Below are positions 48,447-54,689 of a stretch of 54,689 nucleotides of DNA, one piece after another (the stretch's first letter is position 1; each line of letters begins with the position of its first letter). Position numbers and translations under genes: made by a program. This DNA is from a virus (lineage: Duplodnaviria > Caudoviricetes). The DNA is taken from positions 1 to 54,689 of IMG/VR virus record IMGVR_UViG_3300005753_000041, one strand, 5' to 3'. The notes beneath the pieces were generated by a model. That model was not told the origin of the DNA, made no database searches, and worked only from the letters and a program-made list of their open reading frames with translations.

Positions 48447-49592
48447 TTATTTTGAATCTTCCATATGAATTAATGTGCCAAAATTTACCTCAACATTTGG
48501 ATTATCAAAGCAAATCCATATTACAGGATACCCCGGATCTTTTTGTACTTTTTGACAGTATAAATCACTAAATATAATTAATACTTCAGGAGGTGCTTGG
48601 TTATAATATTCAAATACTGGGGTTAAATCTGTGCCCCCTCTACCAGTAAAAGGTAAACCAGTTACGTCTTCATCTGCTTGAAGTTTATGTATATTTTTAA
48701 TCGAAGTATCGAAATCAATAATTGTAGTAAGGGACGGCTTTAATCGTTGTTTAATTTCATTTATTTCTGTTAGAAACTCCGTAAACATATCATCACTCAC
48801 AGAACCGCTTGTATCCACTGCTACAGCCACTTCTCCTGTGGATTCGCTGTACAAGGTAGGTATATACATATCAGGCATGTAGCGCTTGTTTGGACGCTTA
48901 TACGAGTAGTCATCTTTAGAAAACGAAGTCATATAATTAGCCAATATGGTCTTCCAATCTAATTTAGGATTTAATAATTCATCAATCATTAATTTAATAT
49001 CCCCAGGAATATTACTGTACTGCTTTGCGCTTTCCATCTTGGTAGCGGTTGCAGCCTTCACAAGAATATCTTGTACTTTCCTTTGTACTAATGCTTTCTT
49101 TTCTGCAGTTAACTTCTCAGTTGAAATTATATCACAATCATATCCAGCACCAATGTTACTACTAGGGTCGTCTTTTAATAATGCGTACACTTGAGCTGTA
49201 CTCATACCAATGTACTTGTTGTCTAATAAACCCTTAGGGGGTAAAGTGTACCCTGCTTTAGTTACTACCAAATTAATCACGTAATCCGCTGCGCGGTTAT
49301 ATTTTTCCTTCTTAAATTGTTCACTCCTAAGGATGTGTTCAAAAGCAACATGCCAAGCTTCGTGAGCTAGTAGCCCAATACGTGCTGGTTCAGTTAATGT
49401 TAGCCACCATGTTGGATTAATAAATAAATTAATCCCATCTACACCTGCTGTGGGAATTTGCTCTTCCCATTTAGTTTTTAATGAGAAGAGGATAGTAGAT
49501 AAAAAGGTAGAGTTGCCTTTACTAATTAAACCAATCTTAGCTTTACTTAGTGTTTTCTTTAATACTTGTTGATCCATAAATTTCTTCTTCAA
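48447..49592 (-). CDS. metallopeptidase-vWA protein (DUF2201-like, N4 gp25-like)
   Basis: HEAWH, AADYVIN, MIDAS DTSGS, GRGGT, FSD; start may be 49577. Confidence 0.9.
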   Translation of the reverse strand: MKKKFMDQQVLKKTLSKAKIGLISKGNSTFLSTILFSLKTKWEEQIPTAGVDGINLFINPTWWLTLTEPARIGLLAHEAWHVAFEHILRSEQFKKEKYNRAADYVINLVVTKAGYTLPPKGLLDNKYIGMSTAQVYALLKDDPSSNIGAGYDCDIISTEKLTAEKKALVQRKVQDILVKAATATKMESAKQYSNIPGDIKLMIDELLNPKLDWKTILANYMTSFSKDDYSYKRPNKRYMPDMYIPTLYSESTGEVAVAVDTSGSVSDDMFTEFLTEINEIKQRLKPSLTTIIDFDTSIKNIHKLQADEDVTGLPFTGRGGTDLTPVFEYYNQAPPEVLIIFSDLYCQKVQKDPGYPVIWICFDNPNVEVNFGTLIHMEDSK

Positions 49593-49782
49593 TGAAAGGT
49601 AAGATTGACCCTAGTTTAGCAAACCAATGTATAATTTTATCTGGCTTACCTGCGTAATACCCAATATCGTTAAGGGTTATTAGATACCCTTCATAACTAT
49701 ACTTAACAAGATTATTTCTGATAGGAGTATGCGGAGATATTCCACGTAAAAGCATCTCTGCCTTGAACTCAGTCATAGTCAT
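49543..49782 (-). CDS. hypothetical protein (MTMTEFKAEMLLRG...)
   Basis: TAATG coupling to ATPase stop supports start at 49782. Confidence 0.6.
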   Translation of the reverse strand: MTMTEFKAEMLLRGISPHTPIRNNLVKYSYEGYLITLNDIGYYAGKPDKIIHWFAKLGSILPFIEEEIYGSTSIKENTK

Positions 49783-50804
49783 TACATGTACTCTTTCGCG
49801 TACTTCAGGGTAGCTTTTTTCCATGAACTACTCTGAGTAATCTGAGGGCAACGTCTACAACAACCACGCATAGTTACTGCTTCAAACTCTGCATCCATAC
49901 GCTCAATATATTTATATAAAGTTTCGAAGTTTTTAACTGTAGTGTTCGAACCAATCATCCCCATAATTGCATACAGTGTCGCTGGCTCATCTGGAACCTT
50001 ACACCCAGTTGGATCAGCTAAGATGTCATCTATAGTAATCAAGTCACCATATATTTCACAGAATGTTGTAAACTCCCTTCCTGCTCCTTCTCCAATAGTA
50101 CCTTCTATAATTGGAATCATTATTTCAGGTAAAGCATCTGGATAAGGGGTGATAAGTCTAGAAACAAAGTCATGGGTACGAGCACAAGGAAATGTTAAAT
50201 CATTATGGTTTGGATCGAATTTATGTAGCAGTTCAGGCCTAAAGTTAATGAAGGCAATAACCCGATGATCAATATTATTATTTTCTGCCCATTCTACCCA
50301 AGCTTTATGCTCCATTTGTATTTGTAGATGGATCATTCTTGATTGCATTGCAGTAGACGATTTATTAACTATTGCTTTATCTGACATCAAATTACCTGCA
50401 GCCATAATAGCTACACTTTTATGTAAGTTAAGTTGCCCTACTTTTTTATCTAAAATAAGTTTATAGGCGGCTGCTTGAATAGCCTGTGGTGCTGAATTAA
50501 TTTCATCTAAAAATAGTAACCAGCCTTTCTTCCCTTTAGGGAGAGGATCTCTCTCAACTGGAAATGTAGCTACGGGCATATAGTCAGCCTTCATTGTTTC
50601 TTTGTTAGGAAAGATAAATCCATTTAAGTCAGTAGGGTCCACTGTACTTAATCTAATATCAACCAACTCCAAACTAGCTTCATCTGCTATTTGGCGTGCT
50701 AATGCACTCTTGGCAGTTCCAGGGCTTCCATGTAACATAGGAACTAAACCTACTTTTAATACAGCTAGTACTGCTTCTTTTGCTTTTCCAATTGATATAA
50801 ACAT
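49782..50804 (-). CDS. MoxR-like AAA+ ATPase (N4 gp24-like)
   Basis: GSPGTAKS, LFLDEINSA, AAGN, SR; paired with vWA gene. Confidence 0.9.
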   Translation of the reverse strand: MFISIGKAKEAVLAVLKVGLVPMLHGSPGTAKSALARQIADEASLELVDIRLSTVDPTDLNGFIFPNKETMKADYMPVATFPVERDPLPKGKKGWLLFLDEINSAPQAIQAAAYKLILDKKVGQLNLHKSVAIMAAGNLMSDKAIVNKSSTAMQSRMIHLQIQMEHKAWVEWAENNNIDHRVIAFINFRPELLHKFDPNHNDLTFPCARTHDFVSRLITPYPDALPEIMIPIIEGTIGEGAGREFTTFCEIYGDLITIDDILADPTGCKVPDEPATLYAIMGMIGSNTTVKNFETLYKYIERMDAEFEAVTMRGCCRRCPQITQSSSWKKATLKYAKEYM

Positions 50805-50821
50805 TAGTGTTCCTTATAAAT

Positions 50822-50872
50822 AAAAAAGACACCTCAAGGGTGCCTATGCAAAAAAACCAACCGAAGGTTGGC
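50822..50872 (-). terminator. two tandem intrinsic terminators
   Basis: GCCAACC-TTCG-GTTGG-T7 and AGGCACC-CTTGA-GGTGTCT-T5 on minus strand. Confidence 0.8.
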
Positions 50873-51102
50873 TATTCAATTTCTTTAATTTCTCTACGTA
50901 ATTCACTAAAAGTAAAAGGCTGTATACTAGCAGGAGTATTAAGAAGGTGTAGGGTTAATAAATACTTATTCTACTCTGAGATTAAATGGAATATATCAAT
51001 TATTTTATTTATATGTTTCCACCTAATTTCTACACTAGAGTAAGCTTCAGTAATCACCCATCCCATTAACAGCATGTCTGCTTTAAACTCTTTAGTTAGC
51101 AC
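50872..51102 (-). pseudogene. small ORF interrupted by an in-frame TAG (50971-50973)
   Basis: GTG start; MLTKEFKADMLLMGW...ISE*NKYL...EIKEIE*; N-terminus resembles 49543-49782 product; second stop abuts terminator. Confidence 0.5.
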
Positions 51103-51346
51103 TAATTAAACGTACAGCATCAATATATACGTCCTGCTCTGAAGGCTCTGTAGTAACCACTGCTAGTTTTTCAATAGCGTAGTGTCCCATAGCTCTTGTA
51201 AGCGCTTGTTGTGCATTAACTTCATACTTAGCGCACCAATGCATTAAGTCACAGAGAAGATCACTTAGATTGGTTTCTAAGTCCTCCTCTTGTAAATTAT
51301 ACCCAGTTAATATTCTATGTGCTTTTGTATGGTATTCCATAATCAT
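51092..51346 (-). CDS. conserved all-alpha hypothetical protein
   Basis: DLLCDLMHWC...AMGHY motif recalled from phage proteins. Confidence 0.65.
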   Translation of the reverse strand: MIMEYHTKAHRILTGYNLQEEDLETNLSDLLCDLMHWCAKYEVNAQQALTRAMGHYAIEKLAVVTTEPSEQDVYIDAVRLISAN

Positions 51347-51352
51347 TCCTTA

Positions 51353-51892
51353 TTAAGTAAGCTGTAGTGTATATCCAGTTAGTAAATGAAAAGGAAGCAT
51401 ATTAACATCACGTGTATGGCTTGGTGTTATCACTACTGGGCCATTTTCTCTAGCTTTACGTAACCACACATTAACACAGCATGTAGTTACATCTAATTTT
51501 AATGCAATATCTTCTACCGCTTCTCCTGCATTAAATAGTTTAATGCCTTGTGTACTTCTGGTAGAAATAAATATGTGTTTCTCTTCATCTATACGTTTAT
51601 GCTTTATACATTCGCTCATTAAATAACGAGTGTTACTCCCTACTTTTATTTTACTGATATGGTTGTTATTAACCCAACTGTACATATTAGCAATGTTAGT
51701 TGTATCAAATACTTTCATGATATCACGTATAGATTTATACTCATCATATTTCATAAATGCATATAAGTCTTTTCGTATAAATGTGCCTAGTAGACCACTC
51801 TTCTTTGGTAAGTTTTTTGATGTAGTAACCGTGTACCAATCTTTGCCAAATATCTTTTGACATTCATGTTCGTTAATGTATTTACTTTCCAT
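51353..51892 (-). CDS. putative DNA-binding protein with HTH motifs
   Basis: Excisionase-like segment and VEDIALKLDVTTCCVNVWLRK HTH. Confidence 0.65.
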   Translation of the reverse strand: MESKYINEHECQKIFGKDWYTVTTSKNLPKKSGLLGTFIRKDLYAFMKYDEYKSIRDIMKVFDTTNIANMYSWVNNNHISKIKVGSNTRYLMSECIKHKRIDEEKHIFISTRSTQGIKLFNAGEAVEDIALKLDVTTCCVNVWLRKARENGPVVITPSHTRDVNMLPFHLLTGYTLQLT

Positions 51893-51901
51893 TACTTCTT
51901 C

Positions 51902-52291
51902 CTACTTATTTTTAATCTTGAACCATTTATCGCCAGAGTTGTATCCTGAAATAGCGATCCATTTATAGCCTTTTATTGACATATCCTCTCTAGTTCTTAC
52001 TTTAGATTCGTTGTTGTCTAATATGTATCCATCTACCTCTAATACGCAATGTCCCGAACCATTCGCAACAGTACAGTAAATTAGTCTAGAACGTAAGTCT
52101 GCTTCTCTGGCTAATTTACGACAGGCTAAAGCAAAGTCTTCGCAGTCTCCTACAATAGTTGAGAATCCTGAGAAATCTTCGGGAGGCATTACCCATTTTT
52201 CTGCCATACCATACTGGGCGGTATCTGTTTTATAGGTAAAGTTTTTAATTACTTTCCTATGAATAGCGCGTAATTTCATTAAAGTGCTCAT
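51902..52291 (-). CDS. bacterial transglutaminase-like cysteine proteinase (BTLCP/LapG-like)
   Basis: YKTD..QYG..EKW..P, GDCEDFA (Cys), GHCVL (His), ILDN (Asp). Confidence 0.85.
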   Translation of the reverse strand: MSTLMKLRAIHRKVIKNFTYKTDTAQYGMAEKWVMPPEDFSGFSTIVGDCEDFALACRKLAREADLRSRLIYCTVANGSGHCVLEVDGYILDNNESKVRTREDMSIKGYKWIAISGYNSGDKWFKIKNK

Positions 52292-52473
52292 TAGCAGTCC
52301 GCCTTTTTCTTTGGTAGAGTAGGATTAGCCCTATTCCATTCCTGTACGTCCTTCTTGAGCTTTTCACAACCATACATAACAAACTCTTCATCAGTAGATT
52401 CAAAGGGCTTAGGCCCTATGTCACGCTTTTCTGAACATGCTGTTAGTAATAATATAATTAATAATTTATTCAT
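52291..52473 (-). CDS. small lipoprotein
   Basis: MNKLLIILLLTAC lipobox; GGAGG RBS before ATG 52473; TAATG-coupled to BTLCP. Confidence 0.75.
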   Translation of the reverse strand: MNKLLIILLLTACSEKRDIGPKPFESTDEEFVMYGCEKLKKDVQEWNRANPTLPKKKADC

Positions 52474-52687
52474 CTTTACGCCCTCCACAGGCATCTAAAT
52501 CATCCTCGCATATAGGACAGTATTTGATCTCACACTCTGGTGAACATCTACCATCATCATCTAAATCTTCTTCTGACTCTACGTTGCCGCAGTTTGGGTT
52601 AGAACATTCTAAGTGTTGTGGTTTATAGAATGGACTGCGCGGATCGTGGTCGTAATTTCTCACGTCCGATGGGTAATTGTCGTACAT
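52466..52687 (-). CDS. acidic Cys-rich (zinc-finger-like) hypothetical protein
   Basis: DPRSPFY motif, CSNPNC...CSPEC...CPIC; GGAG RBS. Confidence 0.7.
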   Translation of the reverse strand: MYDNYPSDVRNYDHDPRSPFYKPQHLECSNPNCGNVESEEDLDDDGRCSPECEIKYCPICEDDLDACGGRKDE

Positions 52688-52712
52688 TTCTACTCTCCTT
52701 TGAATTATAAGT

Positions 52713-52777
52713 GCTTACACCCCCCATGCCTATCCAACTGTTGTCACGTTAGCTCTCAAGGGGTATATGGTGTAAGC
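52713..52777 (-). ncRNA. putative structured RNA leader
   Basis: GCTTACACC/GGTGTAAGC 9-bp closing stem with internal CTAAC/GTTGG hairpin; intergenic, upstream of RBS. Confidence 0.4.
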
Positions 52778-52928
52778 GGGTTTAGAGAAGTCTACACAAA
52801 GAAGGATATTTCCGTATTATTTAAGTTTAACGGAGCTTCCCCTTCTAATCTGGTACTTTTCAATAGCTTTCTTGACTTAACTCAATAATAACTAAATCAT
52901 GTTCCCTTCAAGGGATAGGCTTACAGAC

Positions 52929-53393
52929 TCATTTAAGGTTATGTCTCAACCTGTATTCTTTTATTCGTTTTAAAGCCTTATGTTGACTATTCCAACGAGG
53001 CCTATCTTTGTACTTTTCTATATTCCTTTTAGCATAAGTATTTATCACCCTCATGTTTACTCTTTTTCTATCTTGTGTATTTTTTCTATACCATTTATTA
53101 CTCTGTTTAATTGTTCCTCGTAGCCTTACATGAACTACGAATTTAGAAGGTACTTTAGGTTGTTTACTTTCGCCATAGTAAGCAAACCACCAACCAGTTC
53201 TTCCATTCTCCCAACCATCTAGTATTTTATCTATAGTCGTATCTTGTAGATTAGCATAATACTTAGCTCTACAGATTACCCAATTAAATAATCCAAATAA
53301 TACTTCCTTACTGTGTCCAGTATCTTGGAGATAGGCAGCTTTTAAGGATTTGTAACCCTCTGTCGTGGCTACATGCTTCCAATCAATTTTCAT
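52929..53393 (-). CDS. basic hypothetical protein
   Basis: Trp/Lys/Arg-rich 154-aa ORF with RBS. Confidence 0.7.
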   Translation of the reverse strand: MKIDWKHVATTEGYKSLKAAYLQDTGHSKEVLFGLFNWVICRAKYYANLQDTTIDKILDGWENGRTGWWFAYYGESKQPKVPSKFVVHVRLRGTIKQSNKWYRKNTQDRKRVNMRVINTYAKRNIEKYKDRPRWNSQHKALKRIKEYRLRHNLK

Positions 53394-53404
53394 TGTTTTT
53401 ATCC

Positions 53405-53698
53405 CTACAGTGCTATATTAAAAATTAAACTAGCATTTAATAAATTACGTATAACCATGTCAATGGTACCTTTTTTGCAATTAGTTATATCTACTTGTCT
53501 AAAAGCTTTTGCTAAGTCCTCTTTATCTTTAGCGTAGTCAAATTCTGACTTTATTTCATTTGAGAACTCTTTTAATAATCTTAGTAAGGCTTCTTCGCTT
53601 TGAGTTTCTGAGTACGTCTTAGATGCCGTGTTTATTAAACCTTCAAAGGATGTAAGAAATTCAGAGTATATTACTGTTTTATTATATTTATTTAGCAT
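53405..53698 (-). CDS. hypothetical protein
   Basis: AAGGAG RBS. Confidence 0.65.
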   Translation of the reverse strand: MLNKYNKTVIYSEFLTSFEGLINTASKTYSETQSEEALLRLLKEFSNEIKSEFDYAKDKEDLAKAFRQVDITNCKKGTIDMVIRNLLNASLIFNIAL

Positions 53699-53728
53699 TT
53701 ATTTAGCTCCTTTAAAATATCTATAAAA

Positions 53729-53919
53729 CACAAGGCTAGGTTATCCAATGGTCGCTTGCAAGCATGCGGGATAACGAATACCTTCTTTGCTACTCGACTT
53801 GCACTTCTCTGTATAAAACAGCTAACCTTGTGATGTATAAATACTTGAATTATTCATCGCTTGATAGCACAAAGCACTCGTTAGAATGCTAAGCCTAAGC
53901 GATGCTACCAAGCGATAAA
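53729..53919 (-). ncRNA. two adjacent putative structured RNA elements
   Basis: 11-bp stem 53729-53739/53822-53832 enclosing a 7-bp hairpin; 17-bp stem 53853-53869/53903-53919; mismatches become G-U only on the minus strand. Confidence 0.5.
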
Positions 53920-53926
53920 TAAACTG

Positions 53927-54055
53927 TTAAAGTAAATTTTTTATTCTATTTCTTTCATACTCTTCACATAAGCCAAAGCAATCTAGCTCGTCTTCTGAGC
54001 ATGGATAATCACAGCAATCACATACTCGTTTGTCTTCTAAATTATCTTGATTCAT
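53927..54055 (-). CDS. small Cys-rich protein (42 aa, not in ORF track)
   Basis: MNQDNLEDKRVCDCCDYPCSEDELDCFGLCEEYERNRIKNLL; ATGA overlap with upstream gene. Confidence 0.65.
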   Translation of the reverse strand: MNQDNLEDKRVCDCCDYPCSEDELDCFGLCEEYERNRIKNLL

Positions 54056-54480
54056 TTCGCATGTTTCCCGGTAGGTGGGGTTAATTCGTATTCTATGTTA
54101 TCCATAGATAGTTTACTCATTTCGGCTAACATAGTGGCTCTATATAGAAATCTATTAGTAAAGGTATAGTTATCGGTTTCAAAGCAGTTATCATGTACTA
54201 ATTGCAGTAGTCTTAAAAATTTTGAGATGTCCTCATCATTCCCACTGTGTGTAGTAATCCCCATAGTCTTTTTTACTGCTTGGAGTACCCTAGTGGTTAT
54301 TCCTGAATCAACTATTACGTTGTTAGCATCCATAGCCTCATCACTCATACAGTGACCCACCGCACATTTTAGGTTGTCGAGCCTGTATACGCAGTGGCTA
54401 TTTAGAATTGATTTAGCCCCTTGTTCTAAGACACTATTAACGCTCCTGTCGAATATTTTTTGCATATCTTTTTTGTTCAT
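54052..54480 (-). CDS. conserved phage hypothetical protein
   Basis: QKIF...EQG..S...CVYR...KCAVG...LQLVHD pattern; GGAG RBS. Confidence 0.75.
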   Translation of the reverse strand: MNKKDMQKIFDRSVNSVLEQGAKSILNSHCVYRLDNLKCAVGHCMSDEAMDANNVIVDSGITTRVLQAVKKTMGITTHSGNDEDISKFLRLLQLVHDNCFETDNYTFTNRFLYRATMLAEMSKLSMDNIEYELTPPTGKHAK

Positions 54481-54656
54481 TCTAATCTACTCCTGTCATA
54501 TGCTCTTCGTTCTGGACCTTTATAAGTTTTGTAATCGCCTAACTTATAATTTATAACTTTTTTGGTTGTACCTAAATCTTGAAAAAATACATAAACTAAA
54601 ATACATAAAAATATCATTGATAGTATGGCTATATCTTCTAAGCTAAGTGGTGCCAT
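54477..54656 (-). CDS. single-TM peptide with YxGPERR motif (59 aa, not in ORF track)
   Basis: AAGGAG RBS; MAPLSLEDIAILSMIFLCILVYVFFQDLG...YKGPERRAYDRSRLE; ATGA overlap downstream. Confidence 0.7.
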   Translation of the reverse strand: MAPLSLEDIAILSMIFLCILVYVFFQDLGTTKKVINYKLGDYKTYKGPERRAYDRSRLE

Positions 54657-54689
54657 TGTAATAACTCCTTATAAATCTATTTAACATTA

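Noticed and set aside
39748-50872. + strand hairpins with C-GTA-G (39756-39770) and C-GAA-G (50857-50871) triloops preceded by A-runs, resembling N4 vRNAP template hairpin promoters
   Set aside because: Spacing to a +1 C and stem sequence do not fit the N4 promoter as I recall it; both sit right after stop codons and read as tetraloop terminators with U7 on the minus strand
50807-51043. + strand 78-aa ORF in the track
   Set aside because: Antisense to the local gene flow and runs across two terminators; the minus-strand interrupted ORF explains the region better
53729-53832. tRNA gene suggested by T-loop-like GTGCAAGTC
   Set aside because: No cloverleaf, acceptor stem or anticodon arm could be built
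415-54556. Numerous antisense or nested ORFs in the six-frame track (e.g. 14075-14506, 38142-38594, 41134-41622, 52613-52888)
   Set aside because: Shadows of long genes on the opposite strand or frame; no RBS or recognisable motifs
1-54689. Genome-wide TAG recoding suggested by the internal amber at 50971
   Set aside because: Capsid, vRNAP, DNA polymerase and primase genes end at TAG at expected positions, and long genes have no internal TAG

Overview
This window is a 54.7 kb piece of a lytic N4-like podophage (Schitoviridae-type) genome, and it is AT-rich. The + strand (1-37314) is the late/virion block. It runs from small membrane and lysis genes (3TM holin, PagL-like outer-membrane barrel) through an accessory structural module (SdiA-regulated/YjiK-type propeller, 16-repeat fibre). 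It continues with the head-tail adaptor, a 1690-aa tail fibre, portal, scaffold, major capsid, tail tube and ejection proteins, and ends with a 3727-aa Cys-free virion RNA polymerase. The - strand (37307-54689) is the middle/early block: RusA-like resolvase, SSB, MazG, ERF recombinase, primase, PD-(D/E)xK nuclease, family A DNA polymerase, Dda-like helicase, the vWA/MoxR pair and many small genes. Terminase, endolysin and RNAPII genes are not in the window. The most notable observations are: a possible host-surface/c-di-GMP module in the early region (LapG-like BTLCP protease coupled to a lipoprotein, plus an uncalled membrane peptide with a YxGPERR motif); a PagL-like deacylase; a macro-like domain and a large fingers insertion in the vRNAP; a tail tube expanded by 56-aa repeats; and several strand-specific RNA hairpins upstream of ribosome-binding sites. 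All family assignments come from motif recognition and recalled N4 gene order; no database searches were run.
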